Positions 25,377 through 38,312 of a DNA stretch of 64,000 nt are shown in pieces. The notes below the pieces were generated by a model, which ran no database searches, was not told where the DNA came from, and saw only the letters and a program-made list of their open reading frames with translations. The stretch comes from Octopus bimaculoides (Eukaryota). The translations under genes and the position numbers were made by a program. Each line of letters begins with the position of its first letter. Within the stretch, counting starts at the first letter, position 1. The stretch covers positions 11,340,568-11,404,567 of the forward strand of contig NC_068985.1 of the NCBI RefSeq assembly GCF_001194135.2. The letters are read 5' to 3'.

Positions 25377-25554
25377 CATATATTCATTTTTGTATGCACA
25401 CACATACAATAAAATAGGGAGATGTGTAGGTACATAAGTATATATGTATCTATCAATGTACATGTTTATAAATATACTTACATATACATATTTATATAAT
25501 ATAAGCATATATACATATATGTGTCTGTGTATATATGAGTATGTGTGCATGTGA

Positions 25555-25656
<102 letters not shown>

Positions 25657-26069
25657 TCACATGCACACATACTCATATGCATGTATGTTTGTATATAAAT
25701 GCACACATACTCATATGCATGTATGTTTGTATATAAACACACACATACAATTTTGATAATTCGCCAACAGAAACTGCAGCACAGGGTAATCTTCTGTTTC
25801 CAACGCAATTTGAATTGTGTGTGCGTGCGTGTATATGTGTGTGTGTGAATTCATGTGGGGTATCCTTTGCGTGTCTATCTGTGTGCATGTGTATATGTGT
25901 ATGTATGTGTGTCTGTGAGCGAGAGTATGTGATCTCCGAATGTATTCTTAATCCGGCTTAACAAAGCGACTTGGCTTCGAGACCCTTTATTGGTTTTCAT
26001 TTTATTGCAACAACTGGATCTGATGTTTGGGGCCTATAACTCCCTATCCATGTGTATGTGTGCGTGTGT

Positions 26070-26225
26070 GTATGGGGTGTACCTGTGGTAAGACGTTTGC
26101 TTTTTAACCACTTCGTTCCGAGTTCAGTCCCACCGCTCGGCACCATCGGCAATTGTCTTCTGCTGTACCCGACAAAACACCTAATGAGTGGAATTGGTAG
26201 ACAGAAACTGAAAGAAACCTGTCGT
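26070..26225 (+). mobile_element. SINE family C 5' half
   Basis: GTGGTAAG, GAGTTCAGTCCC, GGTAGACAGAAACTGAAAGAAACC. Confidence 0.85.
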
Positions 26226-26311
26226 ATATATATATATATATATNNNNNNNNNNATATACACAAACATATATAACATATATATGTATACACATATATATAT
26301 ATATACGCACA

Positions 26312-26460
26312 CAACGGGCTTCTTTCAGTTTCCGTGTACAAAATCCACTCACCAGACTTTGGTCGGCTCGAGGCGATAGTAGAAGACACTTGTCCAAGGT
26401 ACCACGCAGTGGGACTGAACCCGGAAGCATGTGGATGGTAGTCAAGCTATTTACCACACA
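26312..26460 (-). mobile_element. SINE family C 5' half, inverted relative to 26070 copy
   Basis: GGGCTTCTTTCAGTTTCC...GGGACTGAACCCGG...TTACCACACA. Confidence 0.88.
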
Positions 26461-27721
26461 ATATATATATATACATATATATCTATAAGTCTTATTCAGG
26501 TAAACGAAGGATTTAGCGTATGGAATGAATTAAATCTCTTCCTATACTTTATTGTCTTTCATATTTTCGCCTCTGTTTTAGTTTATCAGTTCCGTTTATC
26601 AATCTCTCTGCCTTTCTCTGTTTCTTGTTTGCACGCCTGTTGTCCCTTTCCGATTTGTTGTTGCGTGATGTATGTCAATGACCTGCAGAATTGGTACGGA
26701 GTTTAACAGTCACCAATCGATTATCACGTATTTCTCTAGTTCTCTAAATTCAAATTATGTTAACAGAAGCACAGCACGCGTAGATCAGACAGGGAAGTAT
26801 ATACCTATTATCACGCACGTACAACTGTATCTATACATTACACTATATAAAAATATATCTACAAATCCTATTCATTTTCTTCGAATAAGTAGTTCGTTCT
26901 AATTACGTGTACATCTAAAACCTTAGAAAAACGCTCTATATCTGTCTATGACCGTGCATCCATATAATATTAGAGCGATATAAAGACAGACATAATGAAC
27001 GGCGTGATTAGAATGTCTGATCCTTTAATTTTGTCCGTCTAGCTTCACCGCCATAGAATATTCCTGGAAAATACTGAAATCCTTTCAATTTGTTACCTTA
27101 TTGATTTTTATCATAACAAAAGTATAATTCTCGGTATTTATTATGATTACTCTGGTTAAAACATGATTCAGCAAATAATTTTGGTAAAAATATCTTGAAG
27201 GACTTAAATAAAACACAACGAATAAACTGTTGTTGCTAAAATTAGACATAACATTACGGATGACGTAACAGCATATTTCAAATTCTGCGCACTGCTGCAA
27301 ACAGAAATATTCTGAAAATGTAGATGATGAAATTTCCAATTACAAGAAATACCTATTAGGTGATCTAGTAGATCTCGTATCTATTTGGATGCTGAGTTTT
27401 CTAAACTGTCCGATGAGCGGAATAAACTACGCAATATTTTAATAGTGGATATTATTGAACATTCCTCGAGCAGTTATACCACTGAGGTAATTCTTCGTAC
27501 AGGTTTAGCTGATAGCAGATGCTTTGCAAGTGTTAGCACGTTTAATTACAACCACCAGACATTTTCCGACTATTTTGTTTTCTTCACAAAGCATCCGTCG
27601 ATCTAAGGTAGGAGCTAGAATATATTTACTGAATCAAAACTCTCGTGATCGGAAAACCAATTACGAAACAATTCAGTTGTGTCTCACCCACGTAGGGTAA
27701 TTCGAATGTTTTTTTATCGTT

Positions 27722-27950
27722 AACTTGTCTCTGTCATTAGACTGCAGCCATGGTGGGGCACCACAGTGAGAGATTTTTTGCCGAATGGATCGATGCAAGT
27801 ACTTATTTGTTAAGCTTAGTGCTGTACTATTGGTCTGTTTTGTGAACCACACATTTACGGGAAGGTAAACGAACCAACACCCGTTGACATGTGTGGGGAT
27901 GCGGGACAAACACAGGCACCCATCCGTGCACACACACACGCGTCCCTCCC
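27722..27950 (-). mobile_element. SINE family C 3' half (5' half at 28370-28533)
   Basis: GACTGCAGCCATGGTGGGGCACC tail and following core. Confidence 0.8.
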
Positions 27951-27981
<31 letters not shown>

Positions 27982-27984
<3 letters not shown>

Positions 27985-28125
27985 GAAATTTACAGAAAAA
28001 CAAAAGACGAATATAGGTGTATGAACAACAAGCAGGTGTATTAGTTTGACGCTCGGGAAGTGAGAAAGACTTTTACGTTTCGAGCCTACGTTCTTCGACA
28101 GAAAGGAATATAAGGAAATAAAATT
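27982..28125 (-). mobile_element. Penelope-like terminal fragment carrying a hammerhead-like motif (28070-28105)
   Basis: Minus strand CTTT CTGTCGA A GAAC GTAG GCTC GAAAC GTA AAAG; abuts (TA)n. Confidence 0.55.
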
Positions 28126-28129
28126 TTAT

Positions 28130-28338
28130 TCAGTAAAGCCAATAACAATATTTAGCAAAAAGCATCTTTAAGTGACGGTCTGACCTTCTGCTAAACAAAT
28201 TTGAAGCGGTAATTGAAGTAGATGGTGAATATGCTCCGGAATAATCATTTAAGGATGTTTTTGTTACATGTTGTTCATGGTTTTGTTGAGTAAAATTTGT
28301 TGAAAAAGAAGCTGCAATAATTATGCACCAACGCAATA
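28130..28338 (+). mobile_element. Mariner 3' end (transposase C-terminus plus TIR)
   Basis: LLNKFEAVIEVDGEYAPE* then GCTGCAATAATTATGCACCAACGCAATA-TA, whose revcomp TATTGCGTTGGTGCATAATTATTGCAGC resembles the Hsmar1/MADE1-type TIR. Confidence 0.75.
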
Positions 28339-28369
28339 TAATAAACACGCACACATATGTATATACACA

Positions 28370-28533
28370 CAACAATGGTACTTTCAGATTGTGTCTACCA
28401 AATACACTCACAAGGCTCTGGTGACCCCGAGGCAATAATAGACAACATTTTCCCAAGGTACCATGCAGTGGTGTCACTCAACCCGGAACTATGTGGTTGA
28501 GAAGCATACGTCTTAACACTCACCCACACCTAT
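28370..28533 (-). mobile_element. SINE family C 5' half
   Basis: CTACCAAATACACTCACAAGG...CCCAAGGTACC...AACCCGGAACTATGTGGTTG. Confidence 0.8.
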
Positions 28534-28929
28534 TGAAGAATATTTAATTCATACAAGTATACACACGTACATACAATCGTTCATACACATATATGTATAG
28601 TTTTATACTGAAATGTCTTACTTGCCTCCATTGTGAGGTTCAAAATAATATAATTCTGCTATGCATTAAAATATGAAACTGCTTTATTCTATACCTGTTC
28701 TTCGTGGGTCTATATTGTGAACCTCATATATATGTGGGTATGTGTCTGAGCGCAGGCGTAAACCTTATCATATCTATTGTGCTTAATATTCCATTCAAAT
28801 TAGATGTAATTTACGGGGTTTTAATAGGAAAGGTACTGTTATATTTCTAGAAACCATAATAAAATACGAAGATAAAAAAGACATGCATGCGTAATACACA
28901 TGTTACGGAGTTACAACTGAATTTGTAGA

Positions 28930-29028
28930 CGAGTTTATTGCCAAATTCTTGTGAGAGGATTTGGTACAGGGAAACAGAAATAAGCCGGTCGTAAATATAT
29001 ATATATATATATACACACATATATATAT

Positions 29029-29079
<51 letters not shown>

Positions 29080-29320
29080 GGGTGTATGTATGTGTGTACG
29101 TGCGTGTGTCTTTGTTAGTCCCTGATCATTGCTTAATAAGCGGTATTGGTTTGGTTACGTCCTAGCAACTTAGCGTTTCGCCAAAAGAAATCCCGACGGA
29201 ATAAGTACTGGGCGTTTTAAACGTAAAAGTACCGGAGTCGATTCTTTCGACAAAAAAACTCTTGAAAGCAGTGTTCCATTATGACCGCAGTCTATTCACT
29301 GAAACAAGTAACAGATAAAA
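28930..29320 (+). mobile_element. SINE family C, diverged, head missing
   Basis: GTGAGAGGATTTGGTAC core, internal microsatellite, CACTGAAACAAGTAA tail. Confidence 0.8.
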
Positions 29321-30198
29321 CAAACATATTCACTTGCTGATATGCAGCTCTGTGGTTAAGACGACTGCTTAGCAGTCACGTGGTTACGGATTCATGACGT
29401 CATGACCCCTTGGGTCTTTGAACATGTCATACTTGAAATTTCGGAGATGTAATCTATGTACAATACTATTGGAGGCACCGTTCAAGATTTTCGATGATAT
29501 AATTAATCCCTTATCCGCTCTAATACCCCTACCGGTCCTTGGCATATTAGAACATTCTAGTTTATTGTAAGCACTGGAGCCAGGATAACTTCCTTCCTAG
29601 AATTTCCAACCAGTCCCGAAAACAGTGAAAAGAGATATGGGCGCTGCTGTTTTTCCTTTGACTAAAAAAAAGTTTCGAAATAAATAGATAAATAAAAAAA
29701 TAAATAATATATAAATAATTAAATTATCAGCAAGTACTTTTGTTGTAACCTAGGCGACTCGGGAGAATTCGTAACATCTCGGCATTCTGCCGAATCTCTA
29801 CACACTGGCTGGCAAGTGAAAGAGGTGCAGTTTATCATACATTTGTGAAATTCTTTAGCAGAGAAAGCCGGCAACTACCTGTGTGAATGTTGTAATGTTT
29901 ACTTTCCCCATTCCCCACCTGTAATGTGTGTGTGTGTGTGCGCGCGCTATGTGATGTTTTTTTGGTGGGGGATTTGTTTGCCCTCAGTGCTGCGATTCAA
30001 CATCTTATTGTGTCTGCCTGTAGTTTTGATGCTGATGAGGCTTCAATTGGGAGAGTGCATAAGCGTGTGTACGTGTGTGTGTGCGTGTACGTGTGCTTGT
30101 GTGTGTGCGAGTCTGCGTGCGCGCGTGTGTGTGTTTGTAACTTCATATACATTCACATGCAAACACAAGGTACATTTGTGTGTAAATGTGTTTACCTG

Positions 30199-30248
<50 letters not shown>

Positions 30249-30772
30249 TATATATACATACACACACATATATATATATATACATATATACAGACACTCA
30301 CGCTCTGAGACACACACATATACACACCCACATATTACGTCCATATACACATGTGCATATATGTGTGTGAATATGTGTATGAAAATATGAATACCTACAG
30401 AGATGTAAGGGTGTGTATCACCCATGTATGCATATTTGTAAAGACAGATAAATAGATAGATAGATAGATATCATGATATCACACATTCCCTTTCATTTGT
30501 TTTACTTTTTTGTTTGTTTAGTTAGGTATATTCCGTCTACTGACTTGTTGCGGATAGAATTTCAACGTTTGTTAGAGTATGAAGTGATCAAGTGATTAAC
30601 CCTTATTTTCTTCTTATTTAAGGTTTGTGAAGTGTGAATTCCCCTTGAAATTCCAATCAATTCTTAAGCAGCACGATTGACCGTTCTTCTAGTTACATGG
30701 CTTCCATCGTTTGAAGGGGAAGTTTTGCTGTTCCTGACGAAAGGCAATTGTGTTTTCTAGTGACGGCAGCAG

Positions 30773-30930
30773 AGGAAGAAGAAGAGGAAGAAGTGGAAGA
30801 AGAAGGCGAGGAGGAAGTAGAAGACGACGACGAGGAAGAAATGGAAAAAGAAGAAGAGGAAGACGAAAAGGAAGGAAGAGAAGGAAGAAGAAGAAAGGGA
30901 TGAAGTGGAGACAGAAGAAGGATGTATTGC
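30773..30930. repeat. Purine-rich (GAA/GGA)n low-complexity tract
   Basis: Direct reading. Confidence 0.9.
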
Positions 30931-31211
30931 TGTATTTCGAATTTTGTCTCACCTCAGATGTGATCAGATGGATTCAGAATAAAAATTGCTGAAATAGATT
31001 TGAACACAGTGCCATGATTTTTGAAGTCAATGAAGCTATTACTACTACTACTACTGGAAAATTATTTCCAATACCTCAGTCGTAGAAAGAAGAGCTGTTC
31101 TCATGACACTTTCTTGGTTCTCCGTGATTGGTGGGAGCAAATTTGCTCAAATTCTAGATGCTTACAACAGATTAAACACCGCCCAAGTTACCCAAGATCT
31201 AATTGGTAGTA

Positions 31212-31516
31212 GTGAATGGGCGACCCTTAGTAGCCCGGGTATTCGTCTCACGATCATTAGGCCAGGAGTTCGATTCCTTGCAGCGCATTATATTCTTGAC
31301 TAACCCACTTTATTTATTTCACGTTGCACCTGTCCACTCAGCTAGCAAAAAAACCGAGTTGTACCTGTATTTCAAAGAACCAGCCTTGTCCCATTCTGTG
31401 TCCTATTGAATCCCCATGAGAAGTACGTTAAGGGTACGCGTTGAGGGTACACTAGCAGGCTGTTCTGTTGATCGGTCTTACTGGAACTCTCGTTATCGCA
31501 ACCGACGGAATACCAG
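31212..31516 (+). mobile_element. SINE family A, diverged, ACCGACGGA-type tail
   Basis: GAGTTCGATTCC B box; TTTCACGTTGC..GTCCACTCAGCT; TACGTTAAGGGTAC. Confidence 0.8.
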
Positions 31517-31677
31517 TAAAGTAAATAGTCTGCCTTACCAAGTACAGAACACTTAACTGGTTCGTCTTTAGATAGTCATTATCGTTCTTATTTTGTTTAG
31601 TCCGGCTTAGCTCTGATCGAGATGTCTTTTAAATTCCTATTTATTATATTTTTTTTAGATATAGCGCATCCAAACTG

Positions 31678-31727
<50 letters not shown>

Positions 31728-32818
31728 TTCCCAATAAATCTGTATGGTTTGATTTGCGGAAGATTTGCTAACTATTCCTTGCATTCCTGGCCATAATTGA
31801 TTTACAAAACGCATTCAAATTTGCTAAAACAAACACGAATACAAAAATGGTCTTTTTTTGAATTCGGTAGTTTACTGAATAATATGTTAATGAATATGCA
31901 TCAGATTGAAAGGCAATGAACAATGAACGAGAACCCACTTGTTAACGGTCAATTACGTGTATTCATTTACTAAAATATATTACTCCATTAGCTTGCATTA
32001 GAAAAAGATTACTACAGTTCACATTACGACTAAATCAAGAATAATTTTTGCTGTAGCTGATTCACTACTCCAAAACCATTTAAGATTTCTTTGTATATAT
32101 CTGGGAGGCAGAGCAACTACATGTACACATACAAATATGTTAGATTCTCCCACAAGCGTCATGCAGCCGATAAGCAAAACTTCACTTACCAACACACTCC
32201 AAGTATTTAGCCACTGACGTGTTGTATCCGCTCTGCCTTTTTAACGTTACTGGAGTGTTTCTGCTCTTCAGAACTAGCAAGCTGTATTTCTTTGGCTGAT
32301 GATCCAGTTTTGTGGCCCTCTCTTTTCTTCTTTCACCGTTTCTAACCTACAGGCTTACCAGTAAACCACCATACCTAATATTTTGCCCAATACACTCCTA
32401 ATCAATCTGTAACTCTCCCTTTATCGACGCTTCTCATACAAACATTAGGCTGTAAATATATTTACATAAGCCACGTGAACCTCACCATGAGAGAAAGGCT
32501 CTCAAATAACAATAGATATACTTTTGTTTTAACTTTGATTTTTTTCCGGTCTAACAACAGTGATATAACGGAACTATAAGTACTAGTGGTAATAATTGTA
32601 ATTGGCCTTCACCACTGATGCAACTTAGTATTCTCACATATTTATCTCAACCAGCCCCAATTTCATCAGTATCTATAAAAAACCGTTTTTAACGCCCACC
32701 TCCTCGGTGATCTTACGACGTTGTGGTCTCTTATGAATTCAAAATACCACAATTCTTTAACGATGAGGTCGAATTATATTCGTTGGTGCGGCAAAATGCT
32801 AAAAGGATTATGTATAAT

Positions 32819-32855
<37 letters not shown>

Positions 32856-32917
32856 TATGTACACAAATAGGTGCGTGTACATAACTGCATATACACACAC
32901 TCACGCATACACGCACA

Positions 32918-33011
<94 letters not shown>

Positions 33012-33974
33012 GGTATTTAATATACACATACGTTTATATATTGAGAGATAAACCGGGTGGGTAATAGGTAGATAAAGAGATAAATAGAAAGATAAATAGG
33101 CTTGTGTGGAGGAGAGTGAGAGGAGCACGGCTGAGACTAGAGAGTGTCTGTTGAATGGTGATGATGGTGGTAGTGGTGGCGGTGGTGGTTGGTGTTCTCC
33201 GGGTAGATAGATGGCTGCTGGAGAAAGGTAATTAGTATTAACTGATAACAGCAGCTAACTACACGTGTAATTGAGTGTGCGGAACATTGTCAGAGCTGTT
33301 TGCATGCAGTCAGCATCTGTGCTGACGGCGGCGCTGGTACGGCTCGTACAATGGTGATGGTAGTAGTATTAGTAGTAGTAGCTTTTGTTGTGATGTTTCT
33401 TTTCTTCTTTTTTATTTTGGTTGTTTTTTTTTTCTTGTTTTTTGTATTGGTGCCGTTGCTCTTGGATCTGGTCTGCGTGGGTGGTGTTGTGCGAGTTGTA
33501 TTCGTTTTATGTATTCTATGAGGGTTAGCGGATGGCGGTAAGAGTGCTTATCGTGGTGCTAAGCGATGGGTGGGCAGTAGCAGTAAGACAAGATAGCACT
33601 AGTCTTCTAACTGGGCAACTTCGTTGATGATATGTATATTACACAGTACCATTATATCAGTGTGTGTATGTGTATGTGAGTGAGCGAGCGAGCGAGTACC
33701 CGTCCATGTATGTGTCTGTGAGTACGAATATTTAACGTTTTTCGTTTGTTTTTGCTTTGCGTTATATATTTTTTCTTAGATTTTTCTGCTATTTGCTACT
33801 ACACCGATATGTACATATGTAAAAACTGCTCTAAGACATTATGTGTGTATTTGTGAATGAAAACTGGTTTAGATGTTAGTATATGCATATATATTTTGAG
33901 TGTATATGTGCATGTGTAGGTATGTACTTGTGCGCAGGGTTTCTACAAATTTGTGTGTCTGTACGTGTGTATGT

Positions 33975-34008
<34 letters not shown>

Positions 34009-34651
34009 NNNNNNNNNNNNNNNNNNNNNNNNNNNNNNNNNNNNNNNNNNNNNNNNNNNNNNNNNNNNNNNNNNNNNNNNNNNNNNNNNNNNNNNNNNNN
34101 NNNNNNNNNNNNNNNNNNNNNNNNNNNNNNNNNNNNNNNNNNNNNNNNNNNNNNNNNNNNNNNNNNNNNNNNNNNNNNNNNNNNNNNNNNNNNNNNNNNN
34201 NNNNNNNNNNNNNNNNNNNNNNNNNNNNNNNNNNNNNNNNNNNNNNNNNNNNNNNNNNNNNNNNNNNNNNNNNNNNNNNNNNNNNNNNNNNNNNNNNNNN
34301 NNNNNNNNNNNNNNNNNNNNNNNNNNNNNNNNNNNNNNNNNNNNNNNNNNNNNNNNNNNNNNNNNNNNNNNNNNNNNNNNNNNNNNNNNNNNNNNNNNNN
34401 NNNNNNNNNNNNNNNNNNNNNNNNNNNNNNNNNNNNNNNNNNNNNNNNNNNNNNNNNNNNNNNNNNNNNNNNNNNNNNNNNNNNNNNNNNNNNNNNNNNN
34501 NNNNNNNNNNNNNNNNNNNNNNNNNNNNNNNNNNNNNNNNNNNNNNNNNNNNNNNNNNNNNNNNNNNTATATATATATATATATATATATATATGAATGT
34601 ATGTATGTATGTTTATGTATATGTATATATATATATGAATGTATGTATGTT

Positions 34652-34682
<31 letters not shown>

Positions 34683-35467
34683 GAATGTATGTATGTTTAT
34701 GTATATATATGAATGTATGTATATGAATGTATGTATATATATATATTCGTTTGCTTCTTTGTTATTTACAATGTTTGTATGATTACATATCCGTATATGT
34801 GTTTATGCGTACTTTGTGTGTGTGTGTATGTGTGGATATGTCTTACTTTGTGTGCGTTTAGTTATGTGCGAGCAAGTTTTTTTGTATAGAATTGCGGGCG
34901 GGGTTGCGTGCCTCCGGGTTTGCGTAGGTGCACTAGCTCGGCTATGCAGGTATTCTCAATAAAGCTATGGTTACACCCGATAGTTGTTTAACGCCTTGCT
35001 CATGACACCCAGGAAGAACAAAATACTGCGCATAGCTATCCATTTTTCACATCTCACCAGAATGCTTGGCTCACCCTCGACTGTTCTCTTCGCTTCTTCC
35101 TTCCCTCATTCCTTCTTTTCTTTTCATACATTTTACTATTTATGTTTCTTCCTTTGTGTGTGTGTTGTTTTTTTGGTTTTGTTGTTTTAATTATTTGCCT
35201 TTGCTTTGTAACTCTCTGTCTGTTTGTCCGTCTGTCTGTCTCACTCTTTCTCTCTCTGCCTCAGTACGAAAAATATTCGCGCCCTCTTCAAGATTCTCAT
35301 TCACTCTCCCCAAATATCTATTACACTCGCTCTCCTTCTCTATCTCTCTCTCACTCTCTCTTGCACACATTGTATACAATTTGCACAAACATATGTACAC
35401 AGGAATACATTATCGTTTCCAAACACACACATATGAGCATGTACTTATGTATGTATGATAGCATTAT

Positions 35468-35860
35468 TTTATCTGTTTCAGTTATTTCACTGCGGTCACG
35501 CTGGAGCACTGCCTTTTGTCGAGTAAATCGACCCCAGGACTTATTCTAGTACTTATCCTATCGGTCTATTTTGCTGAAACACTAAATTACGGGGATGTTA
35601 ACACACCAACATCGGTTGTCAAGCGATGTTAGGGAGACAAACACAGACACACAAACAAATTACACACACACACACATTTATAATATAAATATACGACGGG
35701 CTTCTTTCAGTTTCCGTCTACCAAATCCACTCACAAGGTTTTTGGTCGGTCCGAGGCTACAGCAGAAGACTCTTGCCCAAGGTACCACGCAGTGGAACTG
35801 AACCTGGAAACATGTGGTTGGCAAGCAAGCTACTTACCACAAAGCTACACCTGCGCCTAT
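35468..35860 (-). mobile_element. SINE family C, full length
   Basis: Head revcomp CACCTGCGCCT, core and tail present. Confidence 0.92.
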
Positions 35861-36472
35861 AACATTGTTGAGGAATATATGAATATACATATTTATATAT
35901 ATTGAAAGAGAGAGGGGGAGATGAAGAGAAAGAGCGGGGGAAAGGGGGAGAGGAAGAGATTGATGAACTGATAGACAAAGAGATCGATACATAAAGAGAA
36001 AGATTAACATATGAACATATGATAAATCTTTGAATAAAAAAAAAGCGAGAACGCATACACATGCATACTTCTGTGTGCGTGTGTGTGTGTTTGTGTGCTT
36101 TTATTTGTGTGTTGGGGGGGGGCTGTTTATTTGTGTATACGCGTGCGTTTAATTGCAGTGGGGGTGTAGGTGTGTGTATGTGTGTGCGTGCAGGATTTGG
36201 GACGTTTTACAGTTTGATTTTTAAGATTTTGTTTCGTTTTACTCCTTAAACAATAAGTAGACGTCTAAGAACTTTTGTATAATTTAAGTATATTTGTGTA
36301 TGGAAATTGTTTTAGGTCGGGTATGTGAGCGGTTACTTGTGAATTTAGGAGTGATGTGAGCGAATGATTATATATTTATTATACATATCCGTAAATGTTT
36401 GCACATGTCTATGTATATATTCGTTTAATTCTTTAATATTTACAAAGCTTATAAATGTATATTATTTACAAC

Positions 36473-36520
<48 letters not shown>

Positions 36521-36627
36521 TAATATTATTAGGGACAAAAATCCAAATTTACAGATAAAAACTCAAATTCAATTTATTAAAAATTAAAATTAAATAATGT
36601 TTCACAGTATAAAATATAAATATATAG

Positions 36628-36875
36628 TTTTAGGGAAAAGAACCAAGGTTCATGAACTCATCGATGAAAATTCACTGTCACATATAGAAAATTAATAAGT
36701 AAATATACAATAAATAAGTATAATATAATACAAAGTACATATCATAAGATAATGATAATAAAAGGACTACACGTGTTTCATAACCAATTTTTAAATTGAA
36801 AGAATATGTATATCGCTTAAAAGTATCAAAAATCAATTCTATTCAAAAATATAGCTAATCTTCAGGCCAAAATAC

Positions 36876-36909
<34 letters not shown>

Positions 36910-37062
36910 GAATGTATATATCAACCAACAATAAATAACAAATGAATGTATTTACTTTGTATTATATTATACTTATTCATTGTGCTTTTACTCATTAATT
37001 TTTCTATATGTGACAGTGGATTTTCATTGATGAGTTCATGAACCTTGGTTTTTTCCCTAAAA
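36628..37062. mobile_element. Foldback element between (TA)n tracts, Penelope-like, with internal hammerhead-like motif
   Basis: About 75-bp IR 36628-36703 / 36987-37062 (TTTTAGGGAAAA.AACCAAGGTTCATGAACTCATC.ATGAAAAT.CACTGTCACATATAGAAAA); minus-strand CTGAAGA...GAAAC ACGT GTA at 36764-36868. Confidence 0.75.
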
Positions 37063-37063
37063 T

Positions 37064-37103
<40 letters not shown>

Positions 37104-37344
37104 CGTGTGTGTGTATGTGTGTGTACATGTTTCTTTGGAGGAACCCTGGATCGTGAATCTCTATGGATGATGGTGTGTTAGAACTGGGTCGAATAAATGC
37201 TTGGCGACAAAAAGTCGAAGGCTGCCGATGAGCTTTATCTGCTTCCAGATCCACCTTTCCCTCCAACAAGAAGACAACATCGTTTTGACGATTGGTCTAA
37301 GTTTATAAATTTTTATGATGTCAACACTATACGTATGTAAACAA

Positions 37345-37381
<37 letters not shown>

Positions 37382-37998
37382 GGTGTAGCTCTATATAAGT
37401 AAGCTATATGCTAAATAGTTTTATTTACACCGTAATTACTTCATTTGTTATTTTCACTTCGCCGTTAAGGCACAGCACGTCAACGTGTAAAAGGAGGTCG
37501 TACTCTAAACCAGGAGTAGGGAAACACCTCGCCTGCGAGCGCAATTGCACCCGCGAGCCCGTTTTATTGTGTCCACAGACTGAGGTGCACATATGTACAA
37601 ACTATAGTAAATATTTAAATCAAAATTGAAACAATATTCCTATACCTAGTTGGCACAAATGTCGCGTTTCTACTACGACTTAAAATGGTCAGAAATCGTC
37701 CGGTAATTGTCATTATATAAAAATTTTGTTTTCACTATAAAACACGTATTACTATGTTTGTGCCACCCTCTTCATACCCAACTACATTTTAACTGAAAAA
37801 TATAGAATACCCCATAAGTAATATAAACGTCCTAAATTCAGTGGCGGCGTTAATGAAGATGTTACGCGTTAATTTAATGTGCTAAACTTATCTGTATTAA
37901 CGTGTCACGAATTATGCATAGATATATACAAGATTTACACAGATATAAGAGTTAGAACCTGTGATCCGCCGGCGTACCTTTTTCTTTATTTCATGTGT

Positions 37999-38225
37999 GG
38001 CGAACCCTGATGTACTCTTTCACCACAACTTTCTCTCACTTTTACTTCCTGTTTCTGTTGTACCTGTATTTCGAAAGGGCCAGCCTTCTCGGACTCTGTG
38101 TCACGCTGAATCTTCTTTTGAACTACGTTAAGGGTACACGTGTCTGTGGAATGCTCAGCCGCTTGCACGTTAATTTCCCGATCAGATCAACTGGAACCCT
38201 CGTCGTCGTAAACGATGGAGTGCTA
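37999..38225 (+). mobile_element. SINE family A-related 3' half
   Basis: CACCACAACTTTCTCTCAC, TACGTTAAGGGTACACG, CTGGAACCCTCGTCG shared with 44792 and 60018. Confidence 0.85.
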
Positions 38226-38281
38226 TGATATTTACTAGTGTCGTTCCTTCTCCTTCTTTGCCTTTCTTTCTCTTGGTCCCA

Positions 38282-38312
<31 letters not shown>

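Noticed and set aside
27385-27606. 73-aa ORF
   Set aside because: Non-ATG start, no motif, no splice support
30689-30992. Arg-rich and Leu/Pro-rich ORFs resembling a protamine
   Set aside because: Both are frames of a (GAA/GGA)n low-complexity tract with no splice or start context
37511-37560. CAGGAGTAGGGAAAC after CTCTAAAC as a hAT left end
   Set aside because: No convincing right end or matching TSD found
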